Of a DNA stretch of 64,000 nt, positions 52,706 through 64,000 are shown in pieces. Source of the DNA: Lama glama (lineage: Eukaryota); NCBI GenBank assembly GCA_028534125.1, contig CM052823.1:38688001-38752000 (forward strand). The letters are read 5' to 3'. The number at the start of each line of letters is the position of its first letter. The first letter of the stretch is position 1. Below the pieces are notes generated by a model. That model saw nothing but the letters and a program-made list of their open reading frames with translations. It searched no databases and had not been told where the DNA came from. The translations under genes and the position numbers were made by a program.

Positions 52706-53934
52706 GTTATTTTAATTAAAAACCCCTTTGTGCATACATTAGTGGTCTGGAATTGGGGTCTGGACTGGGTGTACTTGCCTGATGGACTGCACTTAACAAG
52801 CCTGGTGCACTGTTACTAATCAAAAGAAAGTGTGTTTCTTTCAAGAGGTTAAAGACTCCAACTGGCTTGAGCAAACAGATAAAAACAAGGGTGTAGCTGA
52901 CATTTTGAAATTGGTACACAAATTCTTGGACCACTCACTCCATACTTATAATTAGGAAAGAATGTTTGTCACTAAAATTTTTAATGAAAATCACAGGTTT
53001 GTCACAGTAGTTTTGCCACAAAATCATGGTTTCACTCAAGAAATGAGGAAAGAAGAGGAAAAAAACTCTTTCAGAAATAACACTTTAATGCAAATTTAAT
53101 GTTAAGCACACATGTTCATGGTATGTAGCAAAACAAAGCTAATAGCATAAAAAGTAATATGACATTTGATTAACTGCTGTTAAACTGAACGTGTTAATTG
53201 CAGAGAAGAAAGACTTGCCAAGGCATGTTAGAGGCTGAGCTTCCAATTTGAACTCGAAATACAAAGGAAATGGCTCTAAGATCTGTGTAGCTGCTTTACC
53301 ATTTACACAAGTCCAAGAAATTCCAAGCTCAAATCCCAGGAATATAAGTCTATTTATTCTACTTAAAGTGTTAACAGAGGACAGTTCAATTAACAGCATG
53401 TAACATTCTTTGAGAAGACCTCAAAATCCCTTAACTTGCCAATAATAGTTTAAAGACTCCACAGTGTTTTAAAGTCTGGGAAAGGATTCGGTCTCTACCA
53501 GAAAGGAGATTGCCCTTGGAGAGCTTGCTAAAGACTTTGGTTAACCAAGAAGCTATAAACCCCAGTGTTCTCACTATTACTCACATATCTTTCACTGTTG
53601 GTAGATCACAGTGGTTCACTTGATTGCTTATAATTCGCAGTATCCTCTGATAGAACTTCATCAACAAGGAGAAAGTTGAAGAACCCAATGCTCCCAATTC
53701 CCACTTTCCCAGCCAATTTTCACCTACTAATAAAATAGTAATAATAACAACAGCAGCAGCAGCAGTAATAACCAGAGCAAAATAATAACCACCACAATGA
53801 TAAGCAGACAGACTGGATGGTCATGGAGACACTGGGTAGTAACGCTTGGTTTCTGCTTTTAATCCATCTCGTGATTGAAAACTTTGGTAAAGAAAGAAAA
53901 CACACAAACACAGATACACCTGATTTTAGTAAAA

Positions 53935-53969
53935 TTAAGGACTACAGAGGATGAAGATTTTAGTAGAAT
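53935..53969 (+). repeat. 35-bp dispersed exact repeat, copy 1 (probable donor)
   Basis: ttaaggactacagaggatgaagattttagtagaat, identical to 56886-56920. Confidence 0.95.
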
Positions 53970-54059
53970 TAAAGTTTGGAAAATGCTATAAATTTATTAT
54001 CTTTAATAAGCACGATAGGTAAGTTGCTAGCTGAGATACTGACAAATACCTTTCCCTGC

Positions 54060-54215
54060 TTTTCACATTGACTGCATACAAATCTACTGGATTATAAAGT
54101 TCGTGAAGTCAGAGACCATGTCTGCCATGTCTAGAACTAAATCCTCAACTCCTCGCACAGTGCTGGTCCATGTTAGGCATTCATTGCAAGTATGTGTGGA
54201 ATGAATGAATGAATG
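54060..54215 (+). mobile_element. L2 3' end
   Basis: 'cagagaccatgtctg...cacagtgctgg...taggcattca...gaatgaatgaatgaat'. Confidence 0.8.
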
Positions 54216-54284
54216 GAAAAATAAAAGCCAGCAAGATTATTGACAGACATTGGAAGCAAACAGAACTTAAAGAACCTTAAACAA

Positions 54285-54475
54285 ATTATGCAATACTATG
54301 TGCTCAACACCATTCACATGGAATAAGTCATTTCACCCCCAAAACAGTCCTAGGAAGTGTTTCTATTATTATCCTCATTTTATAGTTGAGAAAACTGAGG
54401 CACAGAAAGACACACAGCTTAAGTGGGGGAGTTGAGAAGCAGTCTGGTTTCAGAGTCTATACTCTTACCCATCAT
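54285..54475 (-). mobile_element. MIR SINE
   Basis: 'ctattattatcctcattttatagttgagaaaactgaggcacaga'. Confidence 0.85.
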
Positions 54476-55089
54476 ACAAAAATCTTAAACTCAGATCGAT
54501 GACCCGTGCCTCCCTAAAAGTAGACCTTGAATGTGTAACATTTTAAAAGTGCCAAGGTGGGACATGCCAGTCAGAAGTGCTCACGGGCATGAAAATGGAG
54601 TTACTAGGGGAGAAAATTAGCAGTGTCTTAGTCTGTCAGGCAAAGCAATGATTTTTTAAAATCACTTCCTCAGAACCACCAAATACGAGAGAGAGAAGCC
54701 AAGGGAGACATCTACTCCCACTCTTCACCCTTTGCAAGTGTTTAGGAGAGTATCTGGCAAAGTGTAGGTGCTGCATAAGTGTTGTCATTACTTAAATGCC
54801 TTCTTCAATACAGGTATCGTTCTCTTTTCCACACTTCAGTTCCTGCAGGCATTCAAGGGATGACCAAGTCCATTGCCAACAAGTGTATTATCAGAAAACG
54901 ATCTCTTACATGGAGATAAAACACAAATTGGTATTATTCCCGTCCACTTTGACAATGCAGGACAGCTTTTGTATAAAACGCTCTGCTGTAGGATAGCAAC
55001 TCAGCTGTTTAAAGGTAGTACCTTGTCCCCTAAGTCCTCATCTGACCTCAGGTTCATTAACCACTCATTTGTGCCATGAATTCAAATTG

Positions 55090-55450
55090 TCTTCACCAGT
55101 TTGGATGTCCTATTCTGGATACAGTCTGATCAGTCACTGCACCTCCTAAATTATGTCATCAGAATTGGACATAATATTGCAGCTGCTTTCTGACCAAGGC
55201 AGCTTTTTAAGGGATTATTAGATCGCATGATCTGGAAACTATTTCTGTTAATGTGGCCTATTATTATGTGATTTCTATGCCGTTTCTATGCTTGCATCAT
55301 GCTGTTGGTTCATAATCAAATGGAAGCCAGCTAAAACCCCTGACCCATTACCATGTGCCTTTTACCTTGTGCCCATGAAATTAATAGATTGGCCTTAACT
55401 CTTTGATTTTACTTTTATTGCATTAAATTTCATCTGTTTTAGTCTAGAGT
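55090..55450 (-). mobile_element. CR1/L3 LINE fragment
   Basis: 'cagaattggacataatattgcag...tctgacca...gatctggaaactatttctgttaatgtggccta...gctaaaacccc' resembles the antisense L3 RT region. Confidence 0.6.
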
Positions 55451-55489
55451 TTTGAGATTACTTTGTATTTTAATTCTATTGTTAAATGT

Positions 55490-55860
55490 GAATTTTACAA
55501 GAAAGAGAGTGAAATTTAAGTTTTCAGGGCCCCTCACTTGCACAGATCCCTTCTAAGACCCTGGGTGGGGCCCTAGCAGTGTGTGCGTATAGTCAAAGTT
55601 TTGGTAGAATTAGCATAAATATGACATCTTAACTCCAATCAGTTTCTGATCCTCCCCCTCCATTTTCCCCTCTGTCTGTTTCATTCTGTTTAGAATGAAA
55701 AAGGAAATCACAACAAATTACAAATCTTAAAAAGCTGACATTCCACAAGCATCACAAAATCCAGGAAAATAACATCATATTTTTATTAATTCACTCCTTA
55801 GGGACTTTTATTTCTTTTTTTTCCCTACAGTTTTCTTGCTTTATCCTCTTTGAGGGCAGG
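55490..55860. mobile_element. hAT-Tip100 DNA transposon fragments (Zaphod-like)
   Basis: 'ttcagggcccctcacttgcacag...cccttctaagaccctgggtggggccctagca' matches a recalled Zaphod-type end. Confidence 0.6.
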
Positions 55861-56885
55861 TTTATGTCATTTGGGTCTGCATAAAGGCCTCCTCCAATAG
55901 CAATTTACTGATTGAGTAATAAATAAACATATAATAAAATCTCAGCAAACTGAAAAAATTGAGTCAAACTAGTCTAAGTAGACAATGTGAATTACAGAAT
56001 TTGTAAATTGCCTGAATTTCCAGTGCTCTTCAATATATATTACTAAGGCAGAACTAAATTATAAATGTATACTCTAAAGGCAAAGTTAAATTTATAAGAC
56101 TACCTCATATAATAATATAACGTAAGTATCAAAATGTCTTTAACACAAAAAATTAATAATGCAATAACTGGCTTGGTTGAGCCATTTACTTTGATAAAGA
56201 ATATTTGAGTTGAAATTAATTTTGAAAGCTTTATTTAATAAAATCATATTTTGTGATGGAACTATTGCTAATATTGTAATTATGGTTTTCAATTCATAGT
56301 TTATTGCATATCTGGATGGGTCTGTTATATTTTCTAGAGGTTATATTTAAAATGTAAAACTTATTTAATATGTGATTTCAAGAATACAGGATTTAATGGT
56401 AAGCCATTTATTAGTATATACTGATTTAACTTAGCTTCATATAGTAAGCTGAATGAAAAGTAATTATTTTGAAGTTAGATTTCTACCCATAGTAATCAAT
56501 ATCAATCACGAAAATTAGCATCTATTCCCAAACATGGAATTTCTCAGACTCTTCATTATAGACAGTGTTAAATCAGAGCCAAAAATTCATAAGTAAAATT
56601 TGTAACTAAATAGAATTTAAAATATTTGGGGAGCTGGCAATTTGTAGGAAAACTATAGTGAATCCTTCTGCAATCTTTCCTCCAAGTGTGAAATTTATAT
56701 ATTTGTAAAAGAGACTCATGATCAGAGAAAGGCAACTAAATGTCTTCGGCACTATCAAGGGCTCTTCCTTCTAATATTAATCAACAGTGAGGCAATCAAC
56801 ACAAGGCCTCGGGACAGCTGGGAAACCTTGATGCAGACCTCAAGGCTGCTGCAGGGCAGCGGGATGTAGGGTTCCATCTCATTTC

Positions 56886-56920
56886 TTAAGGACTACAGAG
56901 GATGAAGATTTTAGTAGAAT
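56886..56920 (+). repeat. 35-bp dispersed exact repeat, copy 2 (insertion flanked by 13-bp direct repeats)
   Basis: Identical to 53935-53969; flanked by atctcatttctta (56876-56888 and 56919-56931). Confidence 0.95.
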
Positions 56921-57084
56921 CTCATTTCTTATACTCCATCAGCTCACCAGCCTCTTTGATCCAGCTATTTCTGGTGATAATGACACCCTTTTTTGTTTCA
57001 TTTGCTTACACACTAAAGTTTTTCATTGTTTTGGTTCAGTGAATTACTCAATAAAATAAAGTTTTTACAAAGCCCTAACTAGAT

Positions 57085-57241
57085 GAGCAGTTCTCAACCC
57101 AACTGGCAGATTCCAAACCCCGGGGGAGATTTTTATAAAACTGATGTCTGGACTCCACCAGCCTCTCTTGTGTCGTTGGGTCCCAGCATCATAAAGAGCT
57201 GCCAGGTGACTCAAACATGAATCCAGGACTGAGAACCAGGC
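57085..57241. mobile_element. MER5-like hAT-Charlie MITE
   Basis: 'cagttctcaac...tttataaaactgatgtctggactccacc...caggtgactcaaa...gactgagaacca'. Confidence 0.75.
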
Positions 57242-57585
57242 AGTAGAATAATGAAGAGCCTGTCTGGGTGAGGCCGGCACAGCAGAGCAGCAGTTCATGT
57301 TGTTACACTCTTTAGAGCACAGTCAGTTTAGAAAGGGTGACCATGAAGGCTTGCCAATAAATCCCAATGACCCTAAGGGTCCCAAACTCAAATCTAGAAG
57401 GGCTGGAGGAAAAACAAAGAAAAACAAAAACCATTAAGGATTCCCACGGTGGCGGTGGCGGTGGCGAACAGGAGACAGTGCGTCATCTAAAGGGGGCATC
57501 TGTGACTCACCCCTTGTCGTTCACTACCACACAGAATGTGAGAACGTGTAGCTGCATACTCTAATCTTCAAGAGAAATCAGGTAG

Positions 57586-57588
<3 letters not shown>

Positions 57589-57636
<48 letters not shown>
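57589..57636. repeat. (TG)24 microsatellite
   Basis: Seen directly. Confidence 0.95.
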
Positions 57637-57639
<3 letters not shown>

Positions 57640-58309
57640 AAGAGAGAGAGAAATCTCCCGATTTTTAAATGATAGTTCAAAAAATGTTATAAAGTTGAAA
57701 AACCAAAGAAGCACGCCTGCCAAGTGGACTGGAGCTCATGCTACGCACAACCCGGGCCCACTTCCAAGTGCCCGAGCTGTGGGATCAAGGCATACACCCC
57801 GTGGGGCTGCAGGGCCCTGAGCTTTCTGCCTGAATTTTCAGTCCTGTACCAAGGACCAAAAAGGAACAAATTAGACCCTGAACATGAGACATACAACAAA
57901 AGTAAACATTTATCCACACTGTCATTTATCCCTTAAAAATATTACCTCACTCTACCATTAAAAAAGAAAATGAGTGCTTACTTAAAAACCACATTAAAGT
58001 CATTTTGAGAGACGTGAGATCATAAAATTCTGTTCTAAAAGTGGACACAGCAGTGGAACACACATATCACGAGGGGTGTCCATCCAGACTTGCCCAAGAA
58101 TGGGAGTGCTAATCCAAACGGAGCAGATGGCTACCTCTTTATCGACAGATAATAGAAAAGTCTATTGTACTTATAAGAAAAAAAATTAATAGGCAAAATG
58201 TAAAAATTGCACCAACCAAAGCTCAAAAGTAAGACAGCTGTTTTCAGTGATACATTTTTTTCAGTTTCCAAAGATTTTTATAATAGTATTTATATGTCTA
58301 AACTAATAG

Positions 58310-58510
58310 TAGGGGCTAGGCAATCAGGCCGTATCCCAGCTCCTCCAGTTACTGACTGCGTCACTACAAACAGATTGCTTTGCCTCTCTCAACTCAGTCA
58401 CCAAATGCATCAAAGAAAATGATAATACCTGAATACCTGTGATTGCTCAAAAATTAAATTAGGTAATGCAATTGAAAGTGGCTTACATGTAGTAGATGCT
58501 AAATTAACAT
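58310..58510 (+). mobile_element. MIR SINE, degenerate
   Basis: 'atcccagctcctccagttactgactgcgt...gataatacct...aaattaaattaggtaatgca'. Confidence 0.55.
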
Positions 58511-58749
58511 TTGGCTTAGTGTTGTAAATGGTAATTATATAGGCATTGACATATAAAATGGCCACAGTTTATGAGGGACTCTGAGATTTGCATCATTCAT
58601 TTTCCACTTCTTTACTATCTTATAAGGTCTCTGAATTCAGTCTGTGACGTTAACTGAGCTCCAAATCATGTTCAAGCTAATGTGTTCAGAACTGTAGAGA
58701 TGGAAAGAAGATCAATATAGGTCTTTCCGTTAAAGAATGTATATTTTAT

Positions 58750-59520
58750 TCATTTTATTTATCCATCAAACATTCAGTGAGCACCTACCATGTGCCAGGC
58801 ACTGTTCTAGACAACGAGGACACATCGCTGAATAAGACAAAAACTATTCCAGCACTCATGAAGCTTCAAATATAGTGGAACTAGTGAAATGATGAACAAG
58901 TAAGAAAATTAAGTAGTAACAGATGCTCCAAAAATATAGCGGGCTTATGTACTGGAGAGTGATTGGGTGATGACTGTAAATTAGGTGATCAGCCCAGAAA
59001 GGACTCTCTTAAATGACACAAGAAAGCTAGTCATGCAGAGCTAGTTTGGGGAAGAGTGTGCCCCTTTGATGGGACGAGCCTGGCCTGTCTGGAGGGCGTC
59101 ACTAGGGCACATGGAGCACAAGGAATGGGCAGAGGGGAGAGCTGGGTGGGGTGAAGAGGTAAGCAGGCCATCACACAGGGACTCATAGCCAGAGTGAGGA
59201 CCTGAACTTCACTGCAGCAGCGAAAGTAAACACCCAATTACAATACTGAGGAGTATTAATTAAGTGCTATAAAAGCAACGTGCTGTGGAAACCCAGAAAA
59301 AGGCCGTTGATTCTGCATGGCTAGAGGAGGGTGCGGAAAGCTTCTGGATAAGTGGATTTGAACTGGCCCTTAGAGGACCAACAGGACTTAAAATGTAAAC
59401 AGGCAGAGAACAGGGAAAAGGGCATCCCAGGCTGGGAAAACTGGAAAACAAAGAACGCATGCCTTGGGTGGTCTGGGATGGCTGGCCTGGGAACCTAGAG
59501 AAGTGTGGAGGTACATCAAG
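58750..59520 (-). mobile_element. L2 LINE fragments
   Basis: 'caaacattcagtgagcacctaccatgtgccaggcactgttctag...aataagacaa...cactcatgaagctt' with downstream L2-like segments. Confidence 0.75.
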
Positions 59521-60079
59521 CCGAAAAGGTAGAATCCTAGGTGGGGGGAAGGGTCTTTAATGCAGATGGCGGGCAGAGGGCCTTGTCCAGAGATAGGAGA
59601 AGCCACGTCGAGTGCAGCCTCCTGAAGCAGTAGGGGTATGTCGATGTCATAGTGATGTGCACACTGGAGTGCCCACGCTCTATCTGTGGACTATTTAGAC
59701 ACCGAGACTGATCGTGAGCATGACTTTAATGCTCCACCATTGTTACCTGGGCATCTTTAGGCCCTGCATGCACTTGTGCATTCTAAAACACGTGCAAGTG
59801 ACGTCTAAGAAAGCAATCCAACAATACAAATCAGGATTTCTAAGGCACAAACTCTTTGGTCCAGCATTTACTCCTTTAGTAATTAATACACAGCCTGTAG
59901 GAATACTCACCCAAGTACACAAGTGCAAGATGTTCATCCAGGAGCGACGAGACCACCACTCGGAAGTCCTGGGAGCCACCCCTGCACATTCGACATCATG
60001 AAAAAAAGCAGGAGGTGCTGAGGAACGGGAAACCAAGGAATAATCTGAAAACGCAATCTCCAGCCTGGACCATTTAAAT

Positions 60080-60450
60080 CAGTGTTATTCAAACTGTAGG
60101 TCACAATCCATTAGTTGGTGATAACATCAATCCAGGGGGTGGTCACTGACATTTTGTTTTTAATTTAAAAGAATACTGGGATATTGTGCTGTACACCAGA
60201 AATTGACATATTGTAATTGACTGTACTTTAATAAGAAAATAAATTTAAATAAATAAACAAACAAATAATAAAAGAATAGAGTAAAATGGAGCAGAACAGA
60301 AAGCGTTAGCACGAATTCAACATAGTAAGTGTTGTGTTTCCTAAAAGACTGTTTGCATTTTTCACACATACACACAAAGGCATTTGTGTACTGCATTGTG
60401 ATGTGAGATGTGTCTCTTACTGTGGGTCGTAATTTTAAAAATGAGAAATA
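60080..60450. mobile_element. hAT-Charlie non-autonomous DNA transposon, interrupted by an L1 tail
   Basis: 'cagtgttattcaaactgtaggtcacaatccattag...tcttactgtgggtcg'. Confidence 0.7.
60176..60268 (+). mobile_element. Very short young (camelid-type) L1 tail plus A-rich tail
   Basis: 'gctgtacaccagaaattgacatattgtaattgactgtacttt'; perfect TSD taaaagaata (60166-60175 / 60269-60278). Confidence 0.85.
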
Positions 60451-62084
60451 TTAGTCAACATTATTTGGGGGGACTCATGTTAAACCAGAACTCTATTTTC
60501 TTAATTCACTGATAGCAGGTGGGAACTTATTAGAAAAACGCACTCAGTTATATATGTATGTAAAAATATGCCATCTGTAGGGCTGTGAAGAGGTCCAACA
60601 CTTAATCATGCATAATCATGCATGTTATAAAAGGAGAGAACTTTGATTTTGTATTTTGTATACTTTCATACCATATGCCTTTATATACTTCTATATTGCA
60701 ATTTTTAAATTAAAGAAAAAGAGGTGGTTAAGAATACTCTGCCTATTGAGTACTCAGTCAATTGACATGAAATATGCAGATGTCTTTCAGCCAGAAGACA
60801 GAGGGAAATGAGAGGGAAGGCAGCCATGCTCTAACCATGGAAAGTTGGTGTTAGGTTGGCAGGAATGTGAGTGATAGAAGTCAATGTGTGGCCTATTTAC
60901 TTATGTCCCACCTAATTTATAAAATGATTCAAGGCAGTTAGGTGTTTGGGGACAGCCCAAAGACATGGCGAAAGACAGTCTGAGAAAAAAAAAAATCTTA
61001 GAAGAAAACCTGGCGCTAGAAGGGAGACTTGGAAAGTGGGAGGAGACTTGAGACTCAGGGTAAAAGTAGGAGATGTAATGGGCACACCTGCTGTGTGGAT
61101 GAGACGTTCACGTTCATGGGCCAGACCCTGGAGAGTGCTGGGGCGCTCAGAGCTTACCTGTCTGCCTCTCCCTTCTTTCTGATATGCTGGTTGAACAGCC
61201 TCATGTCCGGCTGGCTCGCGCTCGCAGCAGATATGTTAGTATCTTCCATTAGATCTCATCTAAGAAGCAGTGTGGATCATACTGGCTGGTGCATAATTGC
61301 TTAGGTTTGCATTAAACCACCTCTCATGACTGACGATACCAGGCATTGATAGTCTACTAGCTGGCCTGTCCTGCTGTTCCCAACTGGTTCTGTGGCCTCT
61401 TAACTTTCCCAGTGTGTACCGACTGAAAAATGGTCTTTCTGTGTATTCGGTGCTTGCTGGCTTGGCGGTGATAGCACAGATTCCTTTTTATTAGCAATAA
61501 TATAAACTTGAATGGCAATTATACTACCTTTTTGAAGCTGGACACAGCCAAGTTCCAGGACGCTGAGATGTTCTAAGCAGCACTTCCAGAGGGAGCAAGC
61601 GTCTGTGTCCTGGGTTCTGATGAAAATGGGCAAAAAGTGCAAGGTCTCAAGTACATGCATCCTTACCCACTGGGGTAGACCGACCCCAAGTTAAGCCTTT
61701 GCAATTTTTTTGGTCAAAGTTAGAAAATCAGTTTAACAGTGGAAATGGTAAAGTACTTTCCTAACTAAATATAAAACCACAAATCCTCATCATATCACTT
61801 TACACAAGGAATTACTTGTAAGTAGCAAACATATCCTTGTCATATTTGAATTTCAGTACTCAGCAGCGGTGTTGCACACAGCACATGCTTAATAACCATT
61901 AAGTGAGTACATTAATGGATACGCTTATTAGGTAAGGTGGCCATGAGGCTTTCTTCCACTAATGACTGTTGCTGATTGCTGATTATCACAGAACTTTGGA
62001 ATCATAAAAGCAAAGGCTGATTCTATTCATGAAATTCTGCGCTAGTGAGCATTAATTATTCTTTTTTTCTGATTTCCCTTCCAG

Positions 62085-62205
62085 TCATCCAGAAAGCTGC
62101 AAGATTCCTTGATCTCAGTTTTTATGGCAACTAAGATACATAAATTCCCCAGGTGCAAAATCAATAGTCTTCAGTCCACCATTCAATATTGGAAATTTCA
62201 CTCTG
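62085..62205 (+). other. Candidate internal exon of an unidentified transcript
   Basis: Strong acceptor 'ttattctttttttctgatttcccttccag|', strong donor 'CTG|gtaagt', 121 nt; one open frame with no recognised homology. Confidence 0.3.
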
Positions 62206-64000
62206 GTAAGTCCCTCCTAAGTCACATTGATGATGCCTGAGTTTTATAAGCAGTGAAATCTATTAATTATCCTTTCTATTTCTCTTTGGCATTTTATTAT
62301 AAGTGAGAGAAGGGAGAGCTAATCCTTTTATAAGTAGGTAGCAGAGACATAACACACCCATAACCAAACCTAACTCTCTCTTTCTCTTCCCACCCACCTT
62401 TTCTTCTTTCACAAGAGTTTAAGACCAAAAATCCAGATTAAAGTCAGGCTCTTAATGTTAAATGCATTTTTACAGAGGCAAGTGTCTGTGAAAGACATTT
62501 TATAGGAACAAGTGATCAATTGCATTTTTAAGAGCAACTCCTACACATGCTACTGGGTAAGTTGCGAAAGGGTTCATTGTATTTCCCACACTAGGACCGA
62601 TGGCTCAGGAAGTGAGCTAAATATTTCAGATGCCTGGGTTTCACAGCTTAGAAGCTTAATTTTTTTAAACTTGTGTGAGATAAAGCAATAGCAGTTTCAG
62701 AATAATGACTGTTATTCAGAATCTCTTTCCTGATGTCATGAGACTATATTTTTAATCCTTCCACTCAAAAGTCAATCATTCATCTAATTAGGTAGGAAAT
62801 AAGTATTTTCCAAATCATCACTGAGCAACAGATTCGTACTGTTAGCCATATCATCAGTGCTTTTTCCATTGTGAACTAGAAGTTACAGTCTTTGTAATGT
62901 TTAAGCTACAGGCATTAGAGAGGCCTCCTGGAGCAGTGCACCAGCCTTGGTGAAACCAGCCTAGTATCTCCTTTGTTTTGGAGCCAATGGCGGCAATTGT
63001 CAGTGGTTGATGTAAACCCTTTCCTAACCAATGGTTTTACAGGTTGACAAGTGGCAATATTAACAGTAACTAATCAGTGCCAGCCAGCTACAGACACCCC
63101 ACCTCTTCATGTGTTCAATTGCTCTCAGTAGAAAATGAATAATAGTATTTACTTATACATGGGACACACTTAACCATCTTGCTGAAGAAACAAGCTTCTC
63201 TTGCAAATCAGTTTTGAAACTACATACTGTATAATCAAGTGCTGAATGAAGTGAGCGCTCTCTGGTGTGGTGGATATAGCGTTAGCCGGCATGGGTGCTA
63301 CTGTATATCTGAAGAATCACAGTAAAGAGGGGAAAAGCCCAATGCTGGTGCATAGACATGGTTAGTTACCATGGAGTGATAAGCTGCATCTCAGTACATT
63401 TCTGTTCTTAAAGCAAATGGAGGAGCTATGGGAGTCAGACAAGGAAGCATATCCCTCTCCAATACCAGTGTAAGTCAGTGGTTCAGAGGAACTGGGCTTT
63501 GCTGCCTCCAGGAAAAGACTTAGTTTTCCATTGAGAGAGTAAATTAGCCACCATTTTTATTGTATGCAAATCACACTACAGCTCACAGTCAGAGATGAGG
63601 AGGGGAAAGCACTTTGCACATGAGATAAATAAGCAAAACCAAAACTAAAGGCAAAAAAAGGTTACTATGTCTACGTTGAGTCCCCCGAATGGGGAAACTC
63701 TGAGCCCTTTTAAGTTACTGTCTCCCTAACCAAACAGCTTTTTCTCTGATGTTTTTGCAATGGATACAATGTAACAATAAACTGGGAAAACTTCTTTTTC
63801 TTTCCACCACGTGCAAACTCTTAACCTTGACAACTTTGAGAATTTTAATCCCTTAAATAGCTATATAGCCTTTGAGAAGCCAGTCCGATGCAATTCCAGT
63901 CTTCCTTTACAGGTAAACTAATTGTCTTTTCTTAAAACTTTTTGTCCTTGACTATTCTATTTTCTGTCACGCTCCTAAGGCCCAGTAACATCTAGAGATT

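Noticed and set aside
1-64000. CRISPR arrays, operons, tRNA/rRNA genes, NUMTs, processed pseudogenes
   Set aside because: No repeat-spacer periodicity or recognisable sequence. The tRNA-like B box at ~30436 belongs to a MIR head.

Overview
Mammalian nuclear genomic DNA from a draft assembly with four N-gaps. It is most consistent with a camelid: it has cetartiodactyl-type L1 3' tails, and I recognise no ruminant Bov-tA/BovB, pig PRE-1 or cetacean CHR-2 SINEs. I recognise no host protein-coding exon, RNA gene or prokaryotic system. The window looks intergenic or deep-intronic and is dominated by transposon fossils (MIR, L2, CR1/L3, L1M, MaLR/ERVL/ERV1 LTRs, hAT elements) plus several short young L1 tails with target-site duplications (TSDs). 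The only ORFs with recognisable homology are L1 ORF2 remnants. Main non-routine observations: (1) an orphan CpG island at ~11.8-12.2 kb holding a 97-nt imperfect hairpin whose arm differences are mostly G-U compatible on the + strand, followed by a candidate non-coding exon; (2) an exact 35-bp copy of 53935-53969 inserted ~3 kb away between 13-bp direct repeats (a templated insertion); (3) a short L1 3' transduction; (4) low-confidence spliced exon candidates on both strands. Repeat subfamily names come from memory of consensus sequences and most repeat boundaries are approximate.
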